From assembly GCA_951406725.2 (NCBI GenBank), contig OX597837.1, positions 23,498,001-23,562,000 of the forward strand: 64,000 nucleotides of DNA, in the 5' to 3' direction. The notes beneath the pieces were generated by a model. The model saw only the letters and a program-made list of their open reading frames with translations, was not told the origin of the DNA and did no database searches. The position numbers were made by a program, and so were the translations under genes. How positions within the stretch are numbered: the first letter of the stretch is position 1; the number at the start of each line of letters is the position of its first letter. The stretch is from Octopus vulgaris. Its lineage: Eukaryota. This document shows positions 12,541 to 30,376 of this stretch, piece after piece.

Positions 12541-13733
12541 GTTTAATGTCCGCTTTCCATGCAGGCATGGGTTGGACAGTTTGACTGAGGACTGGTGAGC
12601 CAGAGGCTATACCAGGCTCAATCTGATCTGGCAAAGTTTCTACAGCTGTTTGCCCTTTCTAACACCAACCATTCCGAGGGTATAGTGGGTGCTTTTATGT
12701 GCCACCAGTATGAAGGCCAGTCAGATGGTTCTAGCAATGACCACACTTAAAAGGTGTTTCTACATGCTACCTGCATAGGAGCCAATCTGTGGCCCTGGCA
12801 ACAATCATGCTTGGATGTGCTTTTAATGTTCCACTGGCATGAGTGCCAATCAGTCGGTACTGTCATCAGCCACGTAAGCAACTTTGATTTGTTTACTCTT
12901 GCCTAACAATTTATAAGTAAGGGCAAAAGAAAAAATTTCTAATGCCAAAATATGCCGAAAATAGACACAACGTCAATAACCATGTAATTTATCACTACAA
13001 GCACGTGTTTTGAAGGAAGCCAACAGAAATCTCTAAAAACATCTCGTTATTACCATATCAGACCCGATATCAGAGTTAGTTCATAAGAACCTTCCCTGTG
13101 TCTATTTTTGGCATATTTTGGCATTAGAATTTTTTTCTTACTTATAAATTGTTTATAAATTTAACCTTTAAAGGTATTTTTTAATATGCTGGCCATTGTT
13201 AGAATTTTTTTCGAAAAATTTTATCCTATATAAGATGTTAATTTAAATAGTGTTCACTTCCGGACTCTCTCACTTTACGGGGGTTTTTCGGTTTGAATCG
13301 CACATGTCCCGAGGTGTGCTAGGGAGTTTCTATTTTAGATATATTTGGGGTACTTAGTTGTGCTCATGACTTAGTGTTCACTTCTTCCATGGATATAAGT
13401 AAGTATTTCACATATTTCTTTGCCACATTTATCACTGATGAAAGGAAGGTTCTTACGAACTAACTCTGAAATCGGGTCCGATATGGTAATAGTGGGATTT
13501 TTTTAGATATTTCTGTCGGCTTTCTTCTAAACACGTGCTTGTAGTGATAAATTACATGGTTATTGATGTTGTGTCTTTTTTTGGCATATTTTCGGCATAT
13601 TTTAGTATTAGAAATTTTTTCTTTTGCCCTTACTTATAAATTGTTTATAAATTTAACCTTTAAAGGTATTTTTTAATATGCTGGCCATTGATAGAATTTT
13701 TTCGAAAAATTTTATCCTAAAATTTTATCCTAT
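12290..13733. mobile_element. Penelope-like element remnant (direct and inverted partial repeats, hammerhead motif), interrupted by family C
   Basis: ~12905-13095 is inverted relative to ~13443-13645; ~13097-13230 is a direct repeat of ~13570-13720; 12295-12365 is inverted to the same end. Motif ctgatga...gaaa at 13435-13471. Confidence 0.65.
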
Positions 13734-14199
13734 GACGCAGGAGTGGCTGTGTGGTAAGTAGCTTGCTAACCAACCACATGGCACCTTGGGCAAGTGTCTT
13801 CTACTATAGCCTCGGGCCGACCAAAGAGGAATATTTTTAAAGAAAGAGTGATATTGTCATTCTATGTTTTATTTTGTCCATTGAAGGTTTTGATTCTTTT
13901 GTCATTATGTTTATTGTTGTGTTTTTCTTGTGAATTCTTTATAAATATATAGATTTGCTAGAATTTTATTTCATATTGGATTTAAGAGACATATCTACAT
14001 TTCCAAAACAAGATTTTCTAATTTAGTTTATTTAGAACTAGTAATCACTTAGTAAAATGTAAACTATTAGGAACATCTGATTTATTCTAAATAGTTCAAT
14101 TGTCATTGAGAATTGAGTTTAAAATTTATTAATAGGTGTAAGACCAGTGAGAACAATCAAAATCAAATCATATATCAGAAAGCAGGGGTTAAGTGACCC

Positions 14200-15120
14200 A
14201 TCTGTTCGTGTCCGCTGTCAGCCTCGTCTGGCACCCGTGCTGGTGATACGTAAAAGCACCATTCGCTCATGGCCGTTTGCCAGCTCTGCCTGGCCCCGTG
14301 TCGGTGGCAAGTAAAAGCACCATCCGTTCGTGTTCGTTGCCAGCCTCGCCTGGCCCCGTGCCGGTGACACGTAAAAGCACCGTCCGTTCGTGGCCGTTGG
14401 CCAGCTCTGTCTGGCCCCGTGTCGGTGGCACGTAAAAGCACCATCCGTTCGTGGCCGTTTGCCAGCTCTGTCTGGCCCCGTGTCAGTGGCACGTAAAAGC
14501 ACCATCCGTCCGCATCCGTTGCCAGCCTCGGCTGGCCCCCGTGCCGGTGACACGTAAAAGCACCATCCGTTCGTGGCCATCTGCCAGCTCTGTCTGGCCC
14601 CGTGTCGGTGGCACGTAAAAGCACCATCCGTCCCTGTCCGTTGCCAGCCTCGGCTGGCCCCCGAGCCGGTGACACGTAAAAGCACCCTCCGCTCGTGGCC
14701 GTTTGCCATCTCTGTCTGGCACCCGTGTCGGTGGCACGTAAAAGCACCATCCGTTCGCGTCCGTTGCCAGCCTCGGCTGGTCCCCGTGCCGGTGACACGT
14801 AAAAGCACCATCCGCTCGTGGCCGTTTGCCAGCTCTGTCTGGCAACCGTGTCGGTGGCACGTAAAAGCACCATCCGTTCGTGTCCGTTGCCAGCCTCGGC
14901 TGGCCCCCGTGCCGGTGACACGTAAAAGCACCGTCCGTTCGTGGCCGGTTGCCAGCTCTGTCTGGCCCCGTGTCGGTGGCACGTAAAAGCACCATCCGTT
15001 CGTGTCCGTTGCCAGCATCGCCTGGCCCCGTGCCGGTGACACGTAAAAGCACCATCCGTTCATAGCCGTTCGCCAGCTCTGTCTGGCACCTGTGCAGGTG
15101 GCATGTAAAAAACACCCACT
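14200..15120 (+). repeat. GC-rich minisatellite, 15 units of ~60-62 bp inside a family C element
   Basis: Anchor cacgtaaaagcacc recurs at ~14248, 14309, 14369 ... 15041, 15103. Two unit variants (gccagcctcg / gccagctctg) largely alternate. Confidence 0.95.
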
Positions 15121-16031
15121 ACACTCGCGGAGTGGTTGGCGTTAGGAAGGGCATCCAGCCGTAGAAACACTGCCAGATCTGACTGGGCCTGACGAAGTCC
15201 TGGAGTCAATTTCTTCAACTAAAACCCTTTAACATGGTGCTCCAGGAAGTAAAAGAATAAAAGAGTATAGAATGGTTCCTTGTGTTGAGCCAAAAACTAA
15301 TCAAGCGCATCAGTGACCAGTCATTACAGCCATGACCATCCCATTGAGATGTACATTAGCCAATGTCTCCTTCTAAATTTTTCAGGCAGTACAGCAATAG
15401 TTCTCAAACCGGTGGGTGGTCTGCAGATGTCTGGTGGCAGTGGTCATGGCAGATAGAGGGTGGGTGGTGGGTGATGAACTGCTTCAAGGGAAACAGTAGT
15501 ATGTTGTTCAAAGCCCATCCACAGTACTAAGGCACCTAATGTCAACAACAGTAAGGAGGTATGTGCCACCTAATCTACTTCAGAAATTTTTTTGTGTCTG
15601 GGAAAAATATATATAAACAAATGAGAGACAGAAAGCATGATTCAGGGGACTCTTTACTCAAAACCACTACAATTGTTTTGAGTTATCATGCACCCATAAC
15701 TTACAGGTTACATACTGTATAATCAATTATGTGTGTGTGTGTGGTGGTGGTGCAGGTGGTGGTGTATAAAGGCGGCAAGCTGGCAGAAACGTTAGCACAC
15801 CGGGCGAAATGCGCAGCCGTATTTTGTCTGCTGTTACGTTCTGGGTTCAAATTCCGCCAAGATCGACTTTGCCTTTCATCCTTTCGGGGTCGATAAATAA
15901 AGTACCAGTTTTGCACTGGGGTCGATGTAATCGACTTAATCCCTTTGTTTGTCCAATCTGGCCTTTTGAAAGGAAAATTATTTTTGCTTAGTGTCTGTAT
16001 CTGTGTGTGTGTGTGTGCATGTGTGTGTGTG

Positions 16032-16065
<34 letters not shown>

Positions 16066-16907
16066 GATGTGCTTATGTCCCTGTAAATTAGTGGTTTGGC
16101 AAAAGAGATCAATAGAATAAGTACTAGACTTACAAACTATAAGTCCTGGAGTCAATTTCTTCAACTAAAACCCTTTAACATGGTGCTCCAGGAAGTAAAA
16201 GAATAAAAGAGTATAGAATGGTTCCTTGTGTTGAGCCAAAAACTAATCAAGCGCATCAGTGACCAGTCATTACAGCCATGACCATCCCATTGAGATGGAC
16301 ATTAGCCAATGTCTCCTTCCAATTTTTTCAGGCAGTACAGCAATAGTTCTCAAACTGGTGGTCTGCAGATGTCTGGTGGCAGTGGTCATGGTAGACAGAC
16401 GGTGGGTGGTGGGTGATGGACTGCTTCAAGGGAAACAGTAGGGGTCACAGATCTGGGGGCCAAAATTTGTTGAGCAGACAACAGTTTTTCTCCCTGAAAT
16501 CTTGTGTTTTTTGGTGGGAGGAAATTTGTTTAAATAAAAAGAGTGTTTTGTAAGGAGATGATTGGATCAGAGTATAATATAATTTATGAGAGATTTGGCT
16601 GCTATTTCTAGTATGTCTAGCAATAAAAGGAGGCAAGTGGTGGTGGTGGTGGTGGTGGTGCAGGTGGTGGTGGTGCAGGTGGTGGTGGATCGTGTAGGGA
16701 GGTGACAGAAATAGCAAGAATTGTTTAACTCTGTGTAAACATAAAAGGAAAGAGAGATAAATGGACTTGAAATTGACCTTTATTTTACTTGACCTTTCAG
16801 CAGTCACTTGGTCAAAGATGACCTTCATCTAATCTGGCCTTTTGAAAGGAAAATTATTTTTGCTTAGTGTCTGTATCTGTGTGTGTGTGTGTGCATGTGT
16901 GTGTGTG

Positions 16908-16956
<49 letters not shown>

Positions 16957-17674
16957 TTGTGTATGCATGAATGAGAAAGGAAGAGTAACACTGCGTATAA
17001 GTAAGAGATTTGTGTTTAAATTTATGAGTTTCTGTATTTGTATGAGGAATAGATTGTATGAGCGAAGAGTTATTGTATGTATGTGCATATGTTGGAGGAG
17101 CGTATGTATGTATATAGGTGAGTGTCAGAGTGTGTATGAGGGAGAGAGAAAGAGAAAGGAAGCATATGTATGTGTGTGTGTTAGATTATGTGTATGTGTA
17201 TGTGTGTATCACGTTTATGGCGAAGACACAAGGAAATGTGCACTGACCATTCCAAGATGAAATTTCATTGTGCAGGTGTCTTCTTTTGCATGTGAACTTT
17301 CGACCTTGGATCCCTAAGATGTCTGGAAGTAACAGAGAATCTCACAATGGGAGCTGGTTTGAATGCGATGGAAGGTTCTAGTTGGAACTCTACGTGTCGG
17401 CAACATGGGATGGGAAATAATCAATGGTAGCCGAGACCGAGTGAAAACTAGTCTGAATATTGGCAATCCATTGGTTATGGAAATGAGTGGCCATGCTGGA
17501 GCACTGCCTTTAGTCGAGCAAATTGATCCCAGGACTTATTCTTTGTAAGCCTAGTACTTATTCTATCAGTCTCTTTTTTGCCGAACCGCTAAGCTATGGG
17601 GACGTAAACACACCAGCATCGATTGTCGAGCGAAGTTGGGGGGACAAATACAGACACACAAATATATACACACG

Positions 17675-17722
<48 letters not shown>

Positions 17723-18059
17723 TAAATATATATATATACATATATATACATATATACGACAGGTTTCTTTCAGTTTCCATCTACCAAATCCACTCACAAG
17801 GCTTTGGTCGGCCCAAGGCTATAGTAGAAGACACTTTCCCAAGGTGGCATGCAGTGGGACTGAACCCAGAATCCTGTGGTTTGTTAGCAAGCTACTTACC
17901 ACACAGCCACTCCTATGCCTATCTAATTGATATTTTTTTTTAATTTTTATTTTGAATTTTTTTATTTTTGGATGGGATATTGTGCTTGCTTTTCTTTTTA
18001 AGCAAACTGTCGAATTTAGCCCCAAATTCCTGTATTTGCTGCAGTCATTGAGACAGGAC

Positions 18060-18600
18060 TACTTGGAGAATGATTCTTTTTTTTTAGTGAGGATGGCGAG
18101 TCAGAGTTATTCCTTTACCATCTTCTGAAAGAGTTACCCCAAGACTGGACATCACCGAGGTGGCATTGGCTTTGATGTAAGGAATAGTTTTCTTTCTAAA
18201 CTGGCTGAAACACCAGCTGACATCAGTGAGCTGCTAATATCACTTTGTATTCCAGACTCTGTATATTTGAGAGAGTTGCTACATTATTTTACTGAGTACC
18301 TTTACAAAAACTCTGTAATCTGATAACCAGATTAAACACATCTAATATTCAATCAGATAGTACTTAATACACAGATGAAATACAATCATCCTAATGGAGG
18401 ATTTAAATGCATGAGGAAGAAGAGATAAAAACTAAAATTGGAAATGAGTGATCAGGAACCATGATGTTAGGAAAACTAACAGTAATGGACCCAGTTGGGG
18501 TTTTTTGGGTTTTTTTCTGTGTATACAGCATGACTTTACCATTACCCACATCACTTTCCAGAAGAACAAAGAAGAATCTCATTAATGTTTCCTATGTTCA
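18060..18600 (+). pseudogene. Highly decayed LINE APE-endonuclease fragment (RTE-like)
   Basis: Broken translations such as TIF*KSYP..GHHRGGIGFDVRNSFLSKL and IILMEDLNA resemble the APE motifs GVGF and GDFNA; many stops and frameshifts. Confidence 0.5.
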
Positions 18601-18746
18601 AATTCTAGCATCATATAAATTCCGCCAAGTTTAGTCAGGTGGATGGAGCTTAAAGTGTTCTACTCACCTGTACAAAGAGGTTAGGGTTAGGGTTACGGTT
18701 CATTGCACGAGGCTAACAAAGACCAGGCTACAAGTTCATCCCTTAA

Positions 18747-19172
18747 CCCTCTAGCATTCAGATTACTCTGTCAAACGTAATACTCATTTATTCACATTAG
18801 GCACGGGCATGGCTGTGTGGTTAGGGAGCTTGCTTCCGAGCTACATGGTTTCGGGTTCAGTCCCACTGTGTGGCACTTTGGGTAGGTGTCTTCCGCTATA
18901 GCCCCGAGCCGACCAAAGCTTTGTGATTGAATTCGGCAGGCGGAAGTTACTGCCGTGTGTGTATGTGTGCGTGTAGGTGCTTGTGCCTCTCCGAAAGAGA
19001 GAGAGGATTTTGAATTACTCCTGAATTGTCTCATAACTGACATTTCAATTTTGCTATTGTACATTTTTAGACTAACATTGTTGGGTAGGCATGAGATGCC
19101 AGGCCTGGTCAGCCTGAACATAAAACAAATACAATATTTGGGCCAGATAGAGTTGGTTGAAATTCTAAAGGG
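18747..19172. mobile_element. piggyBac-like MITE with TTAA TSD and a SINE A inside
   Basis: TTAA|ccctctagcatt ... aattctaaaggg|TTAA (TTAA at 18743-18746 and 19173-19176). A more decayed element of similar type lies at ~34160-34386. Confidence 0.75.
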
Positions 19173-19689
19173 TTAAGAACCTCAAGATGTTCAATTATTG
19201 CAAGTTCAACAATCTGAATATTTGTAATAGCTTTTGTTGCTCTTGGTCAAATCAAAAGTATATGAGGTACTCATCAATCTCATGAGTTTGCACTGATGAC
19301 AAACGGTCCTCTTTAAGGTCCAAGTTCCTTTATATGTTCTGTGATGCAGCTACTGAAAACATTGGTTTCAAGATGAAAAAAACATAAGCCGGGTTCAATA
19401 AAATGTGGAGATGCATGACTTAGTGGTTTGGACATTGGACTCATGATCGTAAGATTGTGGTTTCAATTCCTGGATTGGATGATGCATTGGGTTCTTGAGC
19501 AAAACACTTCATTTTGTATTGCACCAATCTACTCAGCTGGTAAAGATGAGTAATCCTGTATAGGACTGGTGTCCCATCCAGGGAGGAATATATATGCCAG
19601 AGAAACCAAGATACAGGTCCTATGCTTCTTATGAAGTAGTGTGGATTAACCTAACCTGGCTCAATAAAAGTTCCATCCCAATCAGCAAA

Positions 19690-20070
19690 CACCTGAATGA
19701 TATGCACAAGGCCTGCAAAACAGGTCCTCCCTTTTTTCTACAGTCACTATAATGGCCTCTGCTCCTCAAATTTGACCGATCTCATGCTGTTTATATGCAG
19801 GCATTCCCATCTTATTTGCCACCACTCGTCTTATAAACTCTTGTCATATCCAACAAGCTCATCCCCCTCCACCATTCCTTCTCTCCCACTACCACATACA
19901 CATATATTCATCATTACTTTCAGTCCTTCTTTTCCCAGACTGTCATCCCTCTGGAATTTCCTCCCTACTCGTGTCTTCGCTGTAGTTGTTCACTAATAAA
20001 AGTTCCAGAAGAACATTAATAACATCAATCTCACTAGTCTGGAAGGTCCTGTGAAGGCTGTGGGTACTGC
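19690..20070 (+). pseudogene. L2/CR1/Jockey-group LINE ORF2 C-terminus and 3' UTR remnant
   Basis: FFYSHYNGLCSSNL ... SFPRLSSLWNFLPTRVF resembles the SFFPR..LWN.LP motif at ORF2 ends. Confidence 0.65.
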
Positions 20071-20895
20071 CTCTTCCTCCTAAAACAACAAATAAAAAAA
20101 CAAAGAGAAAACTCAGAAAATTTTCTTCATCATGCAATCAAGAACACCAGTGGGGCTCCATCTCACATCTCCAACTCACCAATTTGCTCTATTATTATTC
20201 TATCACATTATACAGTAACTCTGCCTCTTCATTTTTAATGATTTGAAGAACTGTGAATTTCATTAGTCTCATGGACTAATGAAATGGACCTTTGCTTGGT
20301 ACCTATGAGGTGTACCCATCTCTGCATCTGCCAGAATGGGAGGCAGCATCACTGTGTTGTTTTAGAAAGGGCTTGATCTTGTAGTATTGACCATCTAACT
20401 GGACCCAGAATGTAAGTCAGTAGCCATTAGGAGATGGACCTTTCCTTGTGTCTTACTCATCTTATATGCCATCATGTTTTTTTTTTCCTGGCAGTTTCAT
20501 ATCAATTTTGTTCCTCTCATCATGAGGCACAAAATACCTCATCATTGTGATACTAAATACCGTGTTTTTCAATTAACTCTGTGCAGGGGGAGAGAAAACT
20601 TTTGGCTTTTTGGGGCTGAACTTGGTCAACAGCTTCTAGTCTACAAAATGAGGTGATTTCTTTTGCTTCTATCCTCAAAGTGATGCAAATCGTTCTTGGC
20701 GCACAATTTTTGGCCTGTTGTTGCAGTCTCTGCAGTTGTCTGGTGAGTTTTCTTCCTCAGAATAATATAAGCCCTATAGCAGCAACTGGGCTTCACATGT
20801 ATGGTTAGTTCACATTACTCTGTAAGGAGCACAGAGCCAGCTTCCCCAGTTTCTCTGGTGTATATATTCCACCCTGGCATATATATATTCCAGGT

Positions 20896-21082
20896 GCCAT
20901 GATAGATCATTAGCCACAACACACATTTTTTCTCTCTTTGTTTTTTCTGTGTCCTTTTCTGTAGAAGAGCATAGGCTCAAAATATAAACGACTTTCTCTA
21001 TTCCTGAGTGTTATACTAATACATCTGTTTGTTTTGTACACCATCTGTCTTCGTCTTTTGATTTTTTTCGTAAACTCTCCCC
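20896..21082 (+). mobile_element. Family G ~190-bp element with minimal hammerhead-like motif, flanked by (TA)n
   Basis: Starts gccatgatagatc, ends taaactctccc(ta)n. Homologous to 36568-36772, 37120-37311 and partial 43920-43980. Confidence 0.75.
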
Positions 21083-21299
21083 ATATATATATATTCCTCC
21101 TGTTACAGATTTTTTCATTTTTACCAGCTGAGTGGACTTTACCCGGTCTATAAATCAAAACCACAATCTTACAATCATGAGTCCAATGCCCTAACCACTG
21201 AGCCATGCACCTCCACACTTTGCTCACATAATGAGGTGCAATTCCAAGGTGTTCAAGTAGCCTACGGAAATGTGATGTTGTTGAGCATTTCCCTATGCG

Positions 21300-21632
21300 C
21301 ATGACCCAATGTCACTTCGTCCATGTCTTTTGGTCCGACTTCTTTTTGTCTGATGATTTTTTTGTCCAACAACTTTTTGTCCAATTTTAGATAAACTCTT
21401 TAGAAAACAAGGTAAACATCAAAATCAAATAATCATTGAGAATTTTATTGATAGGATTATTTGTCGTTGGACAAAAAAATCATTGGACCAAAAGACGTGG
21501 ACGAAAGACATTTGATGAAGTGACGTCAGACAAAATAACATTTGATGAAATGATGTCAGACAAAAAGACATTTGATGAAGTGATGTCAGACCAAAAGATT
21601 TGGTGAAGTGACATCGGACCAAAAGACATAGC
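21300..21632. mobile_element. Fold-back MITE with arms built from ~15-bp subrepeats
   Basis: Left arm tcacttcgtcc/ttttggtccgac/tttttgtcc(aac) repeats; right arm their complements; spacer tttagaaaacaagg...catcaaaatcaaataatcattgag. Second copy at ~61640-61905. Confidence 0.75.
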
Positions 21633-22936
21633 TCCCTCTATGCTCACCACTTTCACGTATTATGCAGCAAATATGTCAATGAGATGAAAACCAACTTCCA
21701 AGTTGTAACCATTTTTCTTTTAGTCTTTTACTTCTTTCAGACATTTGGCTACAGCCATGTTGGGGCAGTACCTTGAAGAATGTCTGTTGAACAAATCAAC
21801 CCCATTATTTATTTTCTTAGAAGATTGAAAATAAAGGACCTCACTTGCATGATGGTAACATTTATTTTACAATGCCATGATGGACCAAGTCTGGCGTAGC
21901 ATGGTAAATTCCATTGTCTCGACCACGGTCGAACAATGATGATGATGATTATTTTACAACTATCCCATGAATTCAAAGCAAGAAGATAGTGATACGCACA
22001 TACATGCACACACATGCACACACACACAGACACACCCACCCACAGACATGCACACACACACATGCACACACACGCAAACACACACATTTATACATAAGTA
22101 TATATTACAGACTCCTTTCAGTTTCCATCTACCAAATCCACTCATAAAGTTTTGGTTGGCCCAAGGTTATAGTAGAAAGACATACATGCAGGGTGACACC
22201 CAGTGGGCCTGAACCTGTGACCATGGGATTATGAAGCAGAGTTCTTGGCATAGAGCCATGCCTATGCCTATGCCATACCTGTGCCTAGATAAAGATAATT
22301 TCTTTTTCAAAAAAAAAGCACAAAAGTGTCACTATCCTCCATGCTCTTTCCCCAATAAATTTATTGAGCAGCTGGGTACTTGTTTATGTAATGCACCACT
22401 GCCACATTTTCTTTTCACCAAGATTGGCTACATCTGATTTCTAGCAAAACTGAAGTTGTTTCATTTGTTATTAATGTTATTAAAACTAACACAACTTTTG
22501 TATTTGTTAAAGTATTTCGTTTGTGTGATCAACAGTGGATTGTTTTTTTCTGTTTATCTTTCACTTTAGTATCTGTTTTTGTTCACAAAATTTTCCATGT
22601 AGGGGGTTGGGCTTATCCATTGCTACTTCATTTGTGGCTAGCACCTCACTACCACTTCCTAGAAGCTATATTGACTCATCCATAAAAAATATTTTGCAAA
22701 AATATAGAAAAATTATTAAATGTCCAAAGTGAAACATTTTCCTCAACCCACGATAATGGGGTGGACACACGAATGTTCCAAAGACTTCCATTTGCAAGAT
22801 TACCTAAAACCAAAAAATAATTTCTCATCAAGTAAAATGTGATAAATCCAATTTTTCTTCAGAGCTGTGTTTAAAGACGTCCGTTCATTGAACACAATGA
22901 CAACAATAATAATAATGATAATAATAATAGTAATAA

Positions 22937-22967
<31 letters not shown>

Positions 22968-22969
22968 AA

Positions 22970-23000
<31 letters not shown>

Positions 23001-23169
23001 AAGAAGAAGAAAAAGAAGGATGAAAATGATGATGATGATGATATTAATGAGTTCTAACATTTTTAATGAGTTTTAACTAGTAATAGTAGTAGTAGTAATA
23101 ATAAGAATAAGAATAAGAATAAGAATAACAATGGTGATGATAATGATGATGATGATGATGATGATGATG

Positions 23170-23236
<67 letters not shown>

Positions 23237-23570
23237 CATCAACAATGACAAAAACAATAGTAATAATAGTAACAGTATCACGAATAATAATAATAATGAA
23301 TGAATAAATAAATAAATAAATAAATAGAGAAGAAAAATCTGTCTTTGATGATCACAACTCCCAAAGGACGAATGATTCTAAATCATAAAGTGCATGATGT
23401 GCATTAGATATTGCGTTTGAACATGTTGTTGAAATGCAAGAGACACTGCATATTTATAATGTTCCAACATTCTACTGGAAGAGGAATTTTTGCTTCATAA
23501 TTTTTCGCTTTTATTTCACCTTGTTTATCTTTAAAAAAAAATTACTGCTCTGAATGCATGTGTGTGTGTG

Positions 23571-23638
<68 letters not shown>

Positions 23639-23810
23639 CCCAGCTCTCTGTCTCTGTCGCTCTCTATTTCTGTATCTGCTTATTCTGTCTGTTTATATAT
23701 ATCTACAAGGCAACCTGTCTGTTTATCTGTCTATTAAGTTTGTTTCCATTTACTTAGCTATCTATGCATTCAAAGGTGTATAAATCTATTTACCCACCAA
23801 AGTATCTATG

Positions 23811-23913
<103 letters not shown>

Positions 23914-23977
23914 TTCTATCTATCTGTCTGTCTATCTGTTAGTCTGTCTGTCTGTTTATACTACTTGTCTCTCTTTA

Positions 23978-24023
<46 letters not shown>

Positions 24024-24037
24024 CATACATACATACA

Positions 24038-24069
<32 letters not shown>

Positions 24070-24167
24070 CATATTACATACTGATGTTCTAACTCTCTTC
24101 CTACCTGTCGGCTTATCATTTTGTCTGTTTAAATGTTTAAACATTTCACTCCATATATCTAAACATT

Positions 24168-24253
<86 letters not shown>

Positions 24254-24325
24254 CATACATACATCATACATACATACATACATACATACATACACACACA
24301 CATACATACATACATACATATATAC

Positions 24326-24356
<31 letters not shown>

Positions 24357-24491
24357 CATACATATGTGTGTGTATTCATCCATCCATCTATCTATCCACC
24401 CATTCACCCATCCATCCATCCATCCATCCATATATCTACCTACCTACCCACCTACCTACTTATGTACCTACCTACTTACCTATCTACCTAC

Positions 24492-24548
<57 letters not shown>

Positions 24549-24867
24549 CATCTATCCACCCATCTACCTCGGTCTCCACCCATCTCTCCTCCTACTCTCC
24601 ATGTTATACAAATATCGTCAGACCTCTCCAGAAGTCATGAACTCTCTAGTGCAATAAATGCCATCCACTCAGTTTATTCTCACAAGAATGGCAGATACCA
24701 TGCAATTAGAGTAAAAGGGATGGTGCTGTTTTGCAACGTCAATTTGTAGACTCTGGCAATCAACACACACACAGCCTCCTCACTATGCCGTATCCTGATA
24801 AAAACATACGTCCTTCATAAGAATATGAAGATTAGAGATCTGATGCTTCTATGGCTAATAAAAGAAA

Positions 24868-24932
24868 TCATCATCATCACCACCACCAATATCATCATGA
24901 TCATGATCATCATCATCATCATCATTGTCGTC

Positions 24933-24964
<32 letters not shown>

Positions 24965-25041
24965 CATTGTCGTTATCATCATCATCGTCACCATCATCAT
25001 CATTGTCATCATCATTGTCATCATCATCACCATTGTGATTG

Positions 25042-25085
<44 letters not shown>

Positions 25086-25182
25086 GTTGTCATCGTCATC
25101 ATCATCATCATCATCATCATTATAGTCATCATCATTATCATCACCATCATCATCATTGTCATCATCATTGTCATCATCATTG

Positions 25183-25262
<80 letters not shown>

Positions 25263-25300
25263 GTCCTCCTCCTCCTCCTCCTCCTCATCATCATCATCAT

Positions 25301-25347
<47 letters not shown>

Positions 25348-25500
25348 CCACGACCCTCATTATTGTTGTCGTCATTGTCGTCGTCATCATCATCTTCCTC
25401 ATCCTCATCATCGCTATTGTCATTCTTGTCGTTTTTGCCACTGCCAGTGCCTCAGCATCAGCAGCTCCCACCATCATTGTGATCATCGTCATCAACATTG
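24868..25500. repeat. Long degenerate (CAT)n microsatellite
   Basis: Direct inspection; source of the poly-His/Ile/Met ORFs. Similar tracts at 34720-35112 and 63820-64000. Confidence 0.95.
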
Positions 25501-25684
25501 TGACAAGCTGGTGGAATTGTTAGCACGTCAGACAAAAAGCTTAGTGGTATTTTTCTCAGCTCTTTTACATTCCGAGTTCAAATTCCACTGAGGTAAATTT
25601 TGTCTTTCATTCTTTTGGGGTGATTAAAGTAAGTATCAGCTGGGAACCGGGATTAAAGCAATTGATAAGCCTTTTCCAAAAATT

Positions 25685-25835
25685 TCAAGTTTTCAGCAAT
25701 CCTACAAGTACATAGAACTCTCCTGATAATCCTTGCTGTCTTTAAGAGACAAATGTTCTGTAGGAGCTCTATTGGGCATTCTGTTCCAATCTCCTTCAGC
25801 CATTTGGCTATATCTTTGCTACTGTTCCCAACACA
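25685..25835 (-). mobile_element. 5'-truncated R4/Dong-type LINE C-terminal fragment (second subfamily)
   Basis: Homologous to 31590-31747; minus translation VLGTVAKDIAKWLKEIGTECPIELLQNICLLKTARIIRRVL. Confidence 0.75.
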
Positions 25836-25859
25836 CTAATAATAATTATTATTATTATT

Positions 25860-26411
25860 GAGTGAGAGAGCAGTGCATGCCATCAAAGCAACACTGGAGT
25901 AAAATATACAAAGCCCAGTATACCCATCATGACTACCCGTCTGATAAGGGTACACAGGCACATGCATCACAACCATATGTGTGCGACATGGTGAGCTCAT
26001 ATGAAGATAAACAGCACATGACCTTGCAGGTGGGGCCCAGTTAGAATTTTCTTCTGGTTGAGTAGCCCATCCCACTCAAAAGGTCCCTGAATAAGGGTTG
26101 TTTAAGGATGTTGAATGAACCACCCATGTTTCCAAAGGTGACTTATCCAAACCTCCAAGAATATCTTTCAATGCACGGCTATGATGCTCCCCACTACTTC
26201 TGCTTGTGGTCAGAGATGCACATATCGTCAGCCTCTAAGAGACATGCTCATCTGGTTAAGGTCAAACAACTGACAAGCAGATCTGTGGTACTGAGCAGAA
26301 TATTTGCTGTAGCCCATCTTTTATACCAAGACAAAACAATGTACATGATAACACTTCTAATCAGTTAAGATCAGAAGCCATAAGAGTCACTGTCTGGTAC
26401 TGCATCAGGGC
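25860..26411 (-). mobile_element. Family E ~550-bp non-coding element inserted in (AAT)n
   Basis: Highly similar to 32562-33115; both ends abut (ATT)n; no long ORF and no tRNA head recognised. Confidence 0.85.
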
Positions 26412-30361
<3,950 letters not shown>

Positions 30362-30376
30362 ATTTATTATCATCAT

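Noticed and set aside
14200-15120. Regular ~61-bp repeat array as CRISPR, and its 210-281 aa ORFs as genes
   Set aside because: There are no unique spacers (whole units repeat), no cas genes, and the context is eukaryotic; the ORFs are open only because the GC-rich unit lacks stops.
18678-18700. Telomeric (TTAGGG)n
   Set aside because: Only about three units; too short to indicate a telomere or a healing event.
24815-25591. Poly-His/Met/Ile ORFs of 227-246 aa, and similar ones at 9577, 31600, 33155 and 34655
   Set aside because: They are translations of (CAT)n or (AAT)n microsatellites, open in several frames, with no coding complexity.
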